Of a DNA stretch of 64,000 nt, positions 35,879-50,952 are shown piece after piece (the stretch's first letter is position 1; the number at the start of each line of letters is the position of its first letter). The translations under genes and the position numbers were made by a program. Under the pieces are notes generated by a model. It made no database searches and had not been told where the DNA came from. It saw nothing but the letters and a program-made list of their open reading frames with translations. The DNA comes from Lama guanicoe. Its lineage: Eukaryota. The stretch covers positions 1,178,001-1,242,000 of the forward strand of contig MU055753.1 of NCBI GenBank assembly GCA_013239625.1. Reading direction: 5' to 3'.

Positions 35879-38768
35879 GTGAGTATACAGCTATTTCTGA
35901 ATTTTAGGATTTTAGTTTCATATCAGGAAAGTTCCTCCTTATGATTGGGTTATGGGAGAAGACATTGTAAATAAATATATTACCTTGAGTGGAATTCTTT
36001 GTATGAAGTTATTTCAGATATGGATTCTGTTTAGACTCTCACAAAATATATATGTCTCTATAGCATGGTATGCATGTACTGAATGTTAATAAAGATCAGA
36101 TCAGGTGGATGTTTGGGTTGTATTAGAGCCTCTCTGATGGCCTGGTCACTGGTGTCTTTAAGAAGCTGTTTTGTGAGACTCTTTAGACAGCAAAGGTAGG
36201 ACTGTTTGGTGGCAGGGTGCTAGTATCACTTAGAGGGACATTTGAGAAAGAAAACTCCTAGAAACTACTTTTTAAAAATAATGGGAAGCCTAGTGCTACA
36301 TGTTCTTGCCACCATATTTTCAAAGGTTGTTGTCAAATATTTTCCTTCCAGTGAGAATACTGTGTGTGCAGAGTTCGCTTTGTAATAGCTTCTAAAGAGG
36401 CCTCAGAGCTCTTTTCATGTGGTGGCCCTGCTCAGGTCCCTAACTCTGAGTCCTGAGGGCACCCCAGTCACTGTGGGGAGCGCCTTTCCAGGGCCGCGTG
36501 GGGTGTCTGGGAAATGTGACTGTGGTGCATCCAGAGCTGAGCAACAGGTCCTCACCTTCTGTGGCCCAATGTCCCAGCTCCAAGGGGGCCATCGCTGCAG
36601 TGGAAGACACAAGGGCTGTTGGGGCTGACTCAATCTCCCTGCCTGCAGTTCCCTGGGCGGGACGGGGTGGGGCAGGGGCATGTTGATTCCTTAGCAAAGT
36701 GCCTGGTGTGTGAGGAGGCTGCTCACACACGTCTTGTCAGTGACCAGGGGATTGTTTGTCCTGATCGGCCACCTCCCTGCTCACAATGTGTCCTCACCCA
36801 CAGTTTTTCAGTTTCTCAACGACTTATATTCACTTTTCAATTTGAAAATATATTACTTTGAAGTAGTAAGTGCCAGGCAGTGGGGAATACATGGATGAAT
36901 AAAGGGGGCTTGGCCCTTCGGCTGTTCATCTTCTTCTAGTAGGAGAGACAGAGAGATGGTATCATAGACAGCAGGAGGCAGTAAGGTGGTCCAGAGGGAG
37001 GGGCCCCAGTTCAGGCAGAGTGACATCCCGGAGAAAGTGACATTCATCTGGAAGCAGGTGTAGGGGGTGGGCAGAGCATTCTAGACACAAAGAAGTGACA
37101 CAGGTCACTGGGCAACACTGCAGGTAAGCTCGAGTGGTGGGCAGGTAGGGAGCATGGATGGAGCCCCACGGGACGAAGAGGCAGAGGGTGCTGGGTGAAG
37201 GGCCACATACGCCCTTCCCTGGCATGGAGATTTCCTCCTGTGTGAGCTGCGGAGGTTTGCAAGGACTTTGTGGGTTTCTGTTATGGAAGGATCACTCTGG
37301 ATCTGGAAGATGGATTCACTAGGAGAGGAGGAAGCATTGCTCCCCAGTAGGGAAATCAGGTGGAGACTTAGAGCAGCAGCTCAGGGAGGAAGGGGAAGCA
37401 GACCTCAAGGAGGGTCTTCTGGTAGAAGAGGCCACGCCAGGAGGTGGGTGAGGAGGAGGCCAGACTTGGTGTTGGCTGAGGTGCAGAAGTGCGTGAGCGA
37501 GAAGCACAGGGTCGGAGCCGGCCCCGTGGTTAGACAGAGGCAGGAGGAGGGAGGCTGAATTCAAAATCGATAGAATCGGGTCTAGAACATGTGTATTTTT
37601 TTGACCTTCCTCTTCCCTAACATAGGGAAGAGTTGAGAATGGTCTGTCTTCAGAGGGGACACGGAAACTAAGGGAGTTACTGCCTACTGAGCTTTCAAAT
37701 TCTTGACCCAGGGGTTGAGCTCAGCTGCTAAGATTTCAGAGAAGGAGCTGGTTGGGGGTGACACGGCCCTTGAAGAAGGAGCGAAGGTTCAGAACAGCCA
37801 CTGTATAGTGTAGGCGGGGTGGTGGCAAAGGGCAGGACTACTGGGGAACTGGAGGGCAGCAGGTGAGGGCTGCTGCTGTTCTGCACGCTTTTTTCCTCCA
37901 GCAGAGCAGGAACAGAGAAGCTGGGTTGGGCTCCAGGTGTGGTTGAAGGGTTGCTCAGCAAGGGCAGTGGGAAGTTCGGGGTCAGGGACTCGACTGACAG
38001 CAATGAGTGCGTGCATCTGCTTGTGGGGCTCAGCTTCCTCAGATAGGAAGAGCCTGGACCTGGGACAGTTTGGAGAAATGTCGTACTTTCTCGTCCCTTC
38101 CGTCTTCCATGAGGTGTAAGTTGTGGTGGCGGTAGGGGAATGGCTGAAGAAATAGAAGGTTTTGACCTTCAAGCATGTTGGCGATTAAGATTCCTAGGTG
38201 AGGTGACAGGGCCCAGGCGAACCACAGTGGAAGCTGCACAGTGTGGTGCATCCCAGTCTCGCTAGTGTTTGCTGGAATAAAGACCATCATTTACCAGTTG
38301 GCTTGGTCCCCACCCTTGTAACTGATGCAGAGCAGATGTTTCCTGTGCCTAGGCTTACGGACACACGTGTTTGTAACACTGACAGTATTGTTCTCTGTTA
38401 TTCAAGTTTGTTAAGGTATGTGCAGTCACCTACAGCAAATGCTCGTCTTGAAAATGTGTGGTAATATCTGATACTGACCCGTAAACTGTGCCTTTATCAT
38501 AGCAATTTTTAGAAGTAAATTTTCATTTCTGACTGCAAAGATTGAGAGAAGAGAGGAATGAGGCACTTGTACAGAGAAGGGGAGAAAACCAGCTTTTCCT
38601 GTTGGAAGTATCATATACTGATGCATTTTTAGAACACGGCTCAGTCAGTCAGCAGATGCTTTAATGCTGCAGATTCTCAAAGTCATCAAGGGGACGAGGT
38701 GCGAGTGTGGCTCAGGGACTCCGCGTGTGGCTCCCCATGTGTTACAGCACGCTCTCTCTGTCTTATAG

Positions 38769-38846
38769 TTTCGTTGACTGCAAGGAGTGTGGCCGGAAGA
38801 TGCATCAGATCTGTGTTCTCCACTATGATATCATTTGGCCTTCAGG
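38769..38846 (+). CDS. CREBBP: CREBBP exon 22 (PHD)
   Basis: tatag|TTTCGTT ... TCAGG|gtgagt; 78 nt; FVDCKECGRKMHQICVLHYDIIWPS. Confidence 0.97.
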
Positions 38847-39172
38847 GTGAGTGATTTCCTGGTGATTTCCTGTGATGTGGGGAAGGGAGAGCATCCTGCA
38901 CAGAGCAGAGGGGAGGGTGCCGGCTGCTGCTGCGTTTCATTCATTGTTGTCAGCAGGAATCCGGCAATTAGATCGATGGCAGTTGGTTCTAAATTTAAGT
39001 CTTAAGTGTTTGCCCGCTTTAGGAATTGTGGAATCAAAGCAGTCTGCCTCTTCACTTTTGTATAATGATGAGATTTAAATTGCCAACAAAGTACTTGAGT
39101 GCTGCATTTCACTGGTTTGGCAACATATACTGTTTTATATAATCTGATCACACCCATTATTTTTTTTTGCAG

Positions 39173-39240
39173 CTTTGTGTGCGACAACTGCTTGAAAAAA
39201 ACTGGCAGGACTCGAAAAGAAAACAAATTCAGTGCTAAGA
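39173..39240 (+). CDS. CREBBP: CREBBP exon 23
   Basis: tgcag|CTTTGTG ... AAGA|gtaagt; 68 nt; FVCDNCLKKTGRTRKENKFSAK. Confidence 0.97.
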
Positions 39241-40299
39241 GTAAGTTGTGGAAGGATTTCTGTTTTGTAGTCTGTACGTTTTAGAAACGTGTGAATTTTC
39301 CCAGTCCTCCTTTGTTTCTAACACATGGCTTTGGAGCTCACTTGCCTCAGGTTTTCATCTGTAAGTTTGTTTTCTAATACTTCGCATTTTTCTTGTCTTA
39401 CCCTTGAAGAGAATCATTTGCCTGAATCTGTGTGTGAAAGTCAGCTTTATGATCAGTCTGTGTCTCAGATGAAAACTTAGAAAGCTTGGGCATATAGTGA
39501 ACTCTGTAAATTCTGAGAGAGAAGATTTTTCAACAGATCCTTCTCAAGTAGCTTAGAAATAAGACATGCTCCCAGTATACATGCACGCATGTGTCCTGTG
39601 TGACCAGTGCACTCAGCCCTGAGCACATGGTGGGGCAGCCGTTGTGAGGAGTGGCCCTCTGGGGCCCACTGGGAACCGGCCAGCCGCGCCCAGGACTGGC
39701 AGGAGCCGGGTCTGCACAGAGGCTTGCTGGGCATGTCACTGCAGCGCTGAGAGCGGCTGCTGGTGTCTGTGTAGAGCAGGGTGAGTACCCTCTTGCTATA
39801 GAAGTAACTTTTCATAGGTAGTATGGACGTTTTTTAGAGATGACACACTTTTCAGAAGTGTACGGTATGTCATCGTTGTCAGCTTGGCACTGAGACCACC
39901 TTCACGGTGTTCACGGCTGTCCTGCTGAGCTGACAGCAAACCTGAATGAAACAAGCCCCCGCGGCAGTGCCGTACAGCTCGCTGGCCCAGGGCTCCCTCT
40001 GCGCCCCCTCTTCTCCAGCAAGACGGTGACTAGCGCACTGCAGAGGGGTTCCCAGCAAGAGGTAGGCTGTTTGAGGAGCTGGAGTGCAAGAGAGATGGAA
40101 TGTAGGGAGAGATCCCCAGGCAGAAGGAGGAAAGGTGGCAGGCAAGGAGGAGAGACCCCTCTGAAGGCTTTCAAGTCAATGTTAATTCAAGTTCTAACAC
40201 TGTCACTACCAAAATCCAGTTACCCTATCACTTAAACTCACTATTGTAAAACCTTCTGAAATATTAATGAATTCACTGATGTAGTATTTCTCTTTAGAT

Positions 40300-40380
40300 C
40301 AGTTTCTAAACTGACATTCGGGCCAGATAAGTCTTTATTGTGGGGGGTGTCCTGTGCTTTGTAGAATTCTAGCATTCCAG
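40300..40380. mobile_element. MER20-like fragment
   Basis: cagtttct...tgacatt.gggccagataa.tcttt.ttgtgggggg..tgtcctgtgc motif. Confidence 0.6.
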
Positions 40381-41662
40381 GAAGGGAGGCCACCTTATGA
40401 GGGAACAGAACTTGCTCAGCGGCATGAGGGGGAGCACATGGGGATGAGAATGTGAGGATTTTTTTCATGGGCTGAGTTGATTAGATGGGTCAATTGTAAG
40501 TCCCTTACACCTAATTCTGTATTTCTCAGGATGGTTATCTCAGCTGTGGGGAGTGTGAAGTAAGAAGGGGTCCAGGGCATGAATGGCACAGCTGAGTAAA
40601 GTGTACATCTGTGTCAGAGTGTGACAGATCGTAAACTTCACCTCACTTTTATAGTTTTGCAAGTTTTCATTTTTCTATGGGGTTTTTATTTAATTGCCAT
40701 TGTAAGTTTTTTTTAAGTATTTTATTTAGGTATAACTTAAATACGGAAGTAACTCCACCATCGGTATGCTTATTGCAGAGGAACTAAGTTTAGAAAGTTA
40801 GTCTAAATTTTGCAAATACCTTATAACCTCAGTAAGGAATCTTCTAAAATCCTATCATCTATAAATATTCAGTGTTAACCTGTCACAGTTTTCCCATCTA
40901 ATCTTTTTTCCCGTACACAAGTTTTTTATGTTATGACTGTATGTGTACTTCCATGCTGTGTAACTGGTGTCACAGTGGCCACGTGCAGAGTGGCGGGCTG
41001 GAGTAGCCCACCAGGAACGATGCTGGGCGGGTCTGGGTACTGGGACGGTGTTCCTAGTCTCCCAGGATCAGAACACTGGCCGTCTGCTTGCTTAGCCATC
41101 TCAGACTGCAGGACGACTCTCCTCGGAGCTCGGTGGGAGGAGGCATTTGTGCCGTCCTGTCCTGGAAGAAAAGCAGTGGCAGGCTCCCCACCAGAGGAAT
41201 TCCTCGCGTGTGGGTTCCAGCCTCAGGACCCAGCTGTGACCCCAGGCAGCCATGTGGGCACAGCTGGGACCAGATCTCAGGCTCACCAGGGCCTGGGTAC
41301 AGGGCAGGAGGCAGGGTGGACATGGTGTGACTTTCCCATGCCTGCTCCTCTGCTTTAACCGAGAGCTCCTCTATTTTCAGCTTTCATCTTTGTGGCTCTT
41401 CTGCCCCTTACATTTAGAAACAGATGGAAACATTTGAGCATTTGACGGCAGTTCTCACTGTGTGGAATGCCTGAGCTTCCAGGCCCCACCTTTCTCCTGT
41501 AAAACGTCCTTTATGGGACAGACTAGATCCCTTCTGTGTCTGGAGAATGTTACTCCTAAAAATAGCGGACCGCACTGAGAGAAAAAGGTGGATTCTGTGG
41601 CTTCAGCACCTTCTCCACAGCCTTTCCACAGCCCTGTCACCTCCTTGTTCTGGGCTTTCCAG

Positions 41663-41813
41663 GACTGCAGACCACACGATTGGGAAACCACTTAGAAGAC
41701 CGAGTGAACAAGTTTTTGCGGCGACAGAATCATCCTGAAGCCGGGGAGGTCTTTGTCCGCGTGGTGGCCAGCTCAGACAAGACGGTGGAGGTCAAGCCAG
41801 GGATGAAGTCACG
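41663..41813 (+). CDS. CREBBP: CREBBP exon 24 (HAT)
   Basis: tccag|GACTGCAG ... TCACG|gttcgt; 151 nt; LQTTRLGNHLEDRVNKFLRRQNHPEAGEVFVRVV...GMKS. Confidence 0.96.
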
Positions 41814-42182
41814 GTTCGTGTGCAGACATTAGTCCAGTGGGCCCCCCACCTGCTTACTCAAAGCCCTGCTTTCTGGCAAGGCTGCAGAGTTTGCACAATT
41901 TGAACGCTTTGCATCACTTAGTGTGTAGCCAGCCCTTCTTTCAGTCTCCCAAATTCATCAGGGGAGGTGGAATTCCTGGCCAGGTGGAACTGTCTCAGAG
42001 AATGGGTTCGCAGCTCCAAGCTGCGCAGGCCAGTGGAGGAGCTCTGGGCCAGCAGTCAGAAGAGGCTGCCGCGCCTCCGCGCCTCCGCTCCTCCGCACTG
42101 AGCAGGTTTAAAGGAGCAGGGCTCCTCCGTCAAGCACTGTGTAAACAGTGATGTGCGCAAACATCAGGCTCTTTTATTTCAG

Positions 42183-42329
42183 GTTTGTGGATTCAGGGGA
42201 AATGTCTGAATCTTTCCCATATCGAACCAAAGCACTCTTTGCCTTTGAGGAAATTGACGGAGTGGATGTGTGCTTCTTTGGGATGCACGTCCAGGAGTAT
42301 GGCTCTGACTGCCCCCCTCCAAACACAAG
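42183..42329 (+). CDS. CREBBP: CREBBP exon 25 (HAT)
   Basis: ttcag|GTTTGTG ... ACAAG|gtaatc; 147 nt; [26 protein letters not shown]...PPPNT. Confidence 0.97.
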
Positions 42330-42952
42330 GTAATCCTCCACTCTTTTCGGGTGTGTGTCATGTGCTGCGCTGTGTTACAGCGGCCGCGGCTCTAACTGTC
42401 TTGGAGGACTGCTTAACCAACCAAACTAGTTAGTTTAGTTTTCCACTCAGACGGTGGGAAGTGAAGAGTTTTGATGACTATTCTTAGCGTGTTGTCTGTT
42501 TTGTGTTCACGTGGGTTCAGGGCCTGCTCTTGCTGTTGTCCGTGTCTTACTTGGAGCAGGTAAACCTGCAGAGGGTGGGGTGGAGACTGCTTTGTGGGCC
42601 CAGGTATTCTTTGATGCACCTGTAAAAATGAAGTTTCTCTGCCAAGAGTTACTTCACATCAGTCAGAATCCAGGTGAGGGAGGTGCAAGGGGCTGTTCTG
42701 AGCTTGCTCTGATCTCTCCATAGTTCTCCATGGTGAGTGACAGCATTGTTTCTTAGTTCAGGGATGAATTGAATTTCTCTTGATTGATCTGCAGTAGTAG
42801 TGGTTGGTGATGGGAGATCCTGTTTGTGGCCAGTGTAAATGCTATCAAAACAGAGCTTATTTCTGGAGCTTTTTTTTGAAGCCTGATGTTTGGTTTCAAG
42901 TTTAGGGGATAACCTGAGCTTTCGATTAATTTCTCTCCTGCCCCGTCCCCAG

Positions 42953-43066
42953 GCGTGTGTACATATCTTATCTGGACAGTATTCATTTTTTCCGACCCCG
43001 ATGTCTCCGAACAGCCGTTTACCATGAGATCCTTATTGGATATTTAGAGTATGTGAAGAAATTGGG
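42953..43066 (+). CDS. CREBBP: CREBBP exon 26 (HAT)
   Basis: cccag|GCGTGTG ... TTGGG|gtgagt; 114 nt; [37 protein letters not shown]. Confidence 0.97.
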
Positions 43067-43319
43067 GTGAGTTTGATTCAAATTATTCAGAACTAATAAA
43101 AACTCCATTTTTAATTTTCACCGTATATTTACTTTGTGAAATAACAGAAGTATTGTTTAAGGTTTTATGTGTTTTCATTTTAATATCCTTAGATGGATTC
43201 AGAGGTCTCTATCCAGAGCCCCCCTTTCCAGATGCTCTTTTGTGTCACGATGGTCTAGGGTCCCCAGCACAGCGTGTGTGTTTTCCTTGCCTTCTGTGTT
43301 CTTTTCCACTCCAGTATAT

Positions 43320-43620
43320 TGTTTTTAACTTTACTGAGGTGTATTTTATGTACCATAAAATTCACTTATTTTAGGTGCACATTTCAATGATTTTTAGTAA
43401 CTTTGCCAAGTGATGCCACCATTACCATAAATCAGTTTCAGACCGTTGTCATCCCTCCAGTGAGAATACTGTGCCCATTTGCTGTTCATCCTTGTTCAAC
43501 CCCTATCCCCAGTGACTACTAATCCACTTGTCTCTGTAAATTTGCCTTTACTGGACAGTTCATGTGAATACAATCCTACCAGATGTGGTCTCTTGTGTCC
43601 AACTTCTTTTTCTATCTCTT
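43320..43620 (-). mobile_element. Old L1M 3'-end fragment, antisense
   Basis: ctttactgaggtgta...accataaaattcac...aatgatttttagtaa...ccactt.tctctgtaaatttgcc motifs. Confidence 0.65.
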
Positions 43621-44159
43621 TTTTTATGTCCTAGATCATATTTCTTTCCCAAATTTGAAAAAGAGGTATTTGATTAAAGTGTCTTGAACAGAATGAATGA
43701 GATCTATTCTGACTTTAACACGTTAGAGAGAAATACTGAGCTGCCTTTCCAGTGTGCAAGAGAAAGTACGTAGGAAGTTCATTGCACCCATCCCTGGTGT
43801 AAGCCCCCGATACACTGCTGAGGCGCCATCTTCTCAGGCTCTCTCTTGTGCCACAGGTTCCCTTGCAGTCTCGGCCGCTACCTGATGTGCCCACTCAAAA
43901 GGGTGGTCTCTTGGCCAGTGTCCAGGCTGTGATTGCACACTCTAGAGACTGGGCTTCACCCTCACCACCTGCTCCTTCACACTAGTTTGGAACCTCATTA
44001 GCCTATTACACATTCGGCCAGAAGTGCTTTGTAATTCCCTTGTTTTTCTTTAAATTTATTTCCGTGCTTGCTTTGATCCCTGTTCCTCAGCTGTGACTCC
44101 TTGAAGGCAGGGACGACTTCACGCACTGCCTCGGTCTGAGTTGTGTGTGTGTCTTGCAG

Positions 44160-44325
44160 GTATGTAACAGGGCACATCTGGGCCTGTCCCCCAAGTGAGG
44201 GAGACGACTACATCTTCCACTGCCACCCCCCTGATCAGAAAATCCCGAAGCCGAAGCGCCTGCAGGAGTGGTACAAGAAGATGTTGGACAAGGCCTTCGC
44301 CGAGCGGATCATCCATGACTACAAG
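44160..44325 (+). CDS. CREBBP: CREBBP exon 27 (HAT catalytic core)
   Basis: tgcag|GTATGTA ... TACAAG|gtgccc; 166 nt; HIWACPP and LQEWY motifs intact. Confidence 0.97.
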
Positions 44326-44616
44326 GTGCCCGCGCGGAGTGGGGGCGGGGGGCTCCATCACCACCACTCCCACGTCCTGCTCACACATGGTAGATTTGCG
44401 TTCACTTAGGATTGAAAGGCAGAAATTTAAAAATTTAGGAAGTGTAAACTAAGAAGCATCGTACCTGCCATTGTCCATTGAGACTTTCGGTCGGCAGTCT
44501 GGAGGCAGTTCTGTTACGTGGCCTGTGACGCCGGGCACCACAGGAGTGGGTGGTCCCATCCCGGAGTCGCGGCCCCCAGGCCCCTCGGCTCACCGCTGTG
44601 CTTGTTCACCCTCCAG

Positions 44617-44784
44617 GACATTTTCAAACAAGCAACTGAAGATAGGCTTACCAGCGCCAAGGAGCTGCCCTATTTTGAGGGTGACTTCTGGCCCAACGTG
44701 CTGGAGGAGAGCATTAAGGAGCTGGAGCAGGAGGAAGAGGAGAGGAAGAAGGAGGAGAGCACTGCGGCCAGTGAAACCACGGAG
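44617..44784 (+). CDS. CREBBP: CREBBP exon 28 (HAT)
   Basis: tccag|GACATT ... ACGGAG|gtgagg; 168 nt; DIFKQATEDRLTSAKELPYFEGDFWPNVLEE... Confidence 0.97.
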
Positions 44785-46492
44785 GTGAGGCTGGGCCTGG
44801 GCGCGCGTGCTGAAGGGAGGGAGCGCGGGCTTCTCAGTGCACAGGACGTGGCTCCTTTGTCTATGGTGGTGTTTTCATACATGACCTCATCTTGTCACTG
44901 CCTACACACTGGGTGTGGGGTGAGCTGGAGGCAAGTCACCTGCTAGAAGGGTGTCATGGTCAGGGACCAGTCACGTCACCTGGAAAACTACTTGAGGAGG
45001 AGACCCTTGTTTGCCAGGCCTCGTCGCAGACTCCCCCACCCCTGCCGTGTACAGGCGCCGTCCTCAGTGGTGCAGTGGGGAACTGAGGAAAACCCCATCC
45101 CTGCCCTCACGGGGTGTACGTTCTAGTAAGAGAAACAAGAAAATGAATGCATGGGTGGTCCTCTCTGAGAGGATCTAGGAGCCTGGAAGAAAAGACGCAT
45201 GGGGAAGTGGCATCTGAGCAAAGATGGACTGGTGAGGGAACCCAGAAGATCCAGGGGAAGAGCTTCCAGCAGGAAGAGGAGGACATAAGAGTCTGAGTTG
45301 GGAGCGAGTGTCCTGTGTTTCCGGTGTTCAGTGATGGTGGTTTAGTTGGATTTGTAGCTGCATGAGGTGATGAGAAGGACGTGTTGTGTTTTGAGAGTAA
45401 CAGCCCCAGAACTTTGTGGCATGTGAGGAAAATCCTGTTGAAGTCTGCCTGCTGGGTCTGGGGCCTGAGACCTGAATCAGTGTTCCCGCCTCTCCCTGGG
45501 GGGCAGGCAGAGGGGAGAGCAGCAGGGAGAAAAAGTCAAGAATTGCCTGCAGGTGTGTGGATCTTGAGATGCCTGTTAACAGCTGTGCAGGCTTGGGACC
45601 CTCGGAGGAGAGCTTTGGGCCGGGCACGGAGCCAGGGGTCTGGAGCTGAATGTCTGCCTGACTGCTTCGTGCCAAGCAGAGTGCGCTTTGGAGTGTGTCC
45701 TTTTTGCTAGAGAGCATCCCTAACCCCTTCCAGAAGGGAGAAAACGTGGATGAGGATGTGACAAGTACTCGTGGGCACTGAGGAGAGCTCGTGGGCCGTG
45801 GTCATCATTCTCTGCCTGACTTTTGCTGGGCCTCCCTGGAGGTGGGACCTGTCATCCCCCGGAGCGTGGGGTGGTAGAGGGCTGGAGATGCCGCTCCTCC
45901 GGGCTGGAGCTGACCTAGAAGAGTGGGCCGGATTTCAGTGGAAACTCGGAGTGCCTGCGGGAGAGAGACAACAGCCAATTTGTGAACCCAGGTCCCTCTG
46001 GGTGTCAGCCACCGCCAGGCACCTTGGGAGGCGGTCTGAGTCAGCTCCTGTGTCCAGGGCTCATGGAGGGTGGTGGGAGCAGAGAGTGCCCTGCCAGCTG
46101 AGCTCCCGCAGGGAGGGGCTCTGAGGGGGCTGCCGCCAGCCATGTGACCGTCAAGGAGGAGTACCTGCTTCTGACCAGTAGAAGATGTGGAATAAAGAGA
46201 AATGGCTTCCACCTCCTCAGCTGTTAACCCCAACTAGTGTCATATGTGTGTTCTTCCCTCTTGAGGTAACATGGTGTGTGGCTGGGGTGGCACAGGCAGC
46301 ATTTGCTTTATGTCTCTGTCACCGTGGTGCCTCTTTAGCAGCAATGTTTCCAGGTGCTCAGGTCAGGGCCTGCTCGGGTCTCCTGCCTCAGGCCTGGCTT
46401 CCTGGAGCCCCCACAGCCGGGAGCTGGTGGCCTCGCTGCCAGGCAAGGAGGAGGACACGGTGTGGGGCTGACAGCCTTGAGTCTTGTTGCAG

Positions 46493-46654
46493 GGCAGCCA
46501 GGGCGACAGCAAGAATGCCAAGAAAAAGAACAACAAGAAAACCAATAAGAATAAGAGCAGCATCAGCCGAGCCAACAAGAAGAAGCCCACCATGCCCAAC
46601 GTGTCCAACGACCTGTCCCAGAAGCTCTACGCCACCATGGAGAAGCACAAAGAG
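46493..46654 (+). CDS. CREBBP: CREBBP exon 29 (Lys-rich autoregulatory loop)
   Basis: tgcag|GGCAGC ... AAAGAG|gtagca; 162 nt; GSQGDSKNAKKKNNKKTNKNKSS...MEKHKE. Confidence 0.97.
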
Positions 46655-46895
46655 GTAGCAGCCAGGGCGGGGGGCGGGGAAGGCCTGGCGGCTCTGTGGT
46701 ACCCACCGTGGGCCTGGTGGGAGAGCCCCCCCGGGAGGCAGAGCTGGCTGTCCAGGCAGCACCACTTGGCTTGTCACCAACTCACCTCAGCCCCAGGGCA
46801 GCAGGAGTCAGGTCGGCTGGGTCCTGCAGGCTGGGCCAGCTGACACGTTCCTCCTCTGCACGGGGCTGACGCCACCCCGCTCTGCTGTCCCCCAG

Positions 46896-47177
46896 GTCTT
46901 CTTTGTGATCCACCTCCATGCCGGACCTGTCATCAACACACTGCCCCCCATTGTCGACCCCGACCCCCTGCTCAGCTGTGACCTCATGGATGGGCGGGAC
47001 GCCTTCCTCACCCTGGCCAGGGACAAGCACTGGGAGTTCTCCTCCCTGCGGCGCTCCAAATGGTCCACGCTCTGCATGCTGGTGGAGCTGCACACCCAGG
47101 GCCAGGACCGCTTCGTCTACACCTGCAATGAGTGCAAGCACCATGTGGAGACGCGCTGGCACTGCACCGTGTGTGAG
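46896..47177 (+). CDS. CREBBP: CREBBP exon 30 (HAT end, ZZ start)
   Basis: cccag|GTCTTC ... TGTGAG|gtgagc; 282 nt; VFFVIHLHAG...WHCTVCE. Confidence 0.97.
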
Positions 47178-48771
47178 GTGAGCCCTGGGCACCCCCACCC
47201 TAGCGGAGCTGGCGAGGTCCATGGGCACCCTTTGTCTGTGCATTTGCGTTTCAGGTGAACTCTTAAACAGTGGCATTTTCCAGGGGAAAAATGAAGAATA
47301 ATTATCTGTCCACTGGTTCTCTCAGTACCATTGGTTATGAGGTTGTGTTTTGGGGTTCATTTCCATGTTGGTTGGGTTCCCGCTGTGTTCCTGCTCTGGG
47401 GCTCATCGCCAGACCTCCAGGGCAAGAAGCAGCTGGTCTTCCCTCAGGCAGGCCGCTGGTCCTGACCGAGCTGAGCATTACACTGGGGTCTTCAAGAAGT
47501 GTCCGCAGTCCTGTCAGCACCTCACCAGGCAGGGCTGGTCTTCGGAGATGGAGGGAAGTCAGTGAGCTTCCCTGGGAGGCGTGTTTGTGCTGACCTTTCC
47601 AGGATGAGGAGATGGGTGATCACAGAGTACTTTGACATTTAATTCCCTGTGCTCGGTCAGCACTGGCTCTGTGTTGGGCCATCCACAGGCCTAATGGTGC
47701 AGGTGGGAGCACAGAGAGGGAAGAGGCACAATGGTGCTTTGGTTCCACTGGCATTCTGACTGGTTCCTCTTCTGGTGCCCTCGGGTCTAGCCTTGCAGAG
47801 AAGTTGGGGGTGCCCTGCCGTTGTCAGGCTAGGCTCCTTTGGCCAGGGGTCTTGGCCCTGTGTAAGGGCTGTGGGCTATCCCTTGCACAGAAGGGTCCCT
47901 GGCTTGGAGTGTCTCGGGCCCTCCGCCTCCCCATCCACAGGCTCTGTTCTCCCGCCCAGCCCTTGCCTTGTTGATGAGGGCACCTGAGACAGTCCCCGTA
48001 GCCACGTGCACCCAGAGCGACCTCTGCCTGGGGCAGAGTAGAGCACTTGTAGTGCCCTCGTCCTTCCCCACTGCTCTCCGCAGCCTCCTTTGGGCCTCTC
48101 ATTCCCTCTTGCAGGGATTTCCACGTCCTTTCTGTGAGAAGGTCAGCGGTCCTGGTTGTAGGGCTTCATCTGCAGATCCACTGCTCTGTCAGCTCTCAGG
48201 GCAGCGTTCAGAAACCTGGGGAGGGGGCATTATGTTGCCATGGTGTGAGCCCTGGGCCTCCCTCCTGGTGGTGGCTTCTTAGCCCCAGTGTCCCCTGGCA
48301 CCCCGCAGCAGCCCCAGAGAGTGGGGACTGGCCCTGGTACTTCAGCGGTCTCAGGGGCACTTGAGAGGGAAGGGGCACGGCCTCAGCCATTCCTTCACTG
48401 TCAGACTTCCTAGGCCGGGCACGGGAGCAGGACGCAGTAGGTCTAGATGCCCTTCCCAGGGAGCAGAGGAAGGATGGGAAGGGGCGCAGTGCCCACCGGC
48501 ACACCTGAGAGCCTGGGGCAAACGCAGAGCCACACACGTGCACGCGTGAGCCCGTGCACTGCGCACACACTGGGGGCCGGCTGGTGGGCGAGGCCAAGTA
48601 GATGCATCAGTGGTTTTCGGAGATTTCTGGGCTGCAGAGTGTTCCCAGGAGTTGAGGTTCTGGGGAGCAGACGTGTTTGGCATCTGTGAGTCTCCCGGGC
48701 ACAGACCCAGTGGCAGAGGCCTGGTCTGGGCCGCGTGCTGACACTGGCTTCTTCTCTTTCCTCACCCTCAG

Positions 48772-50952
<2,181 letters not shown>

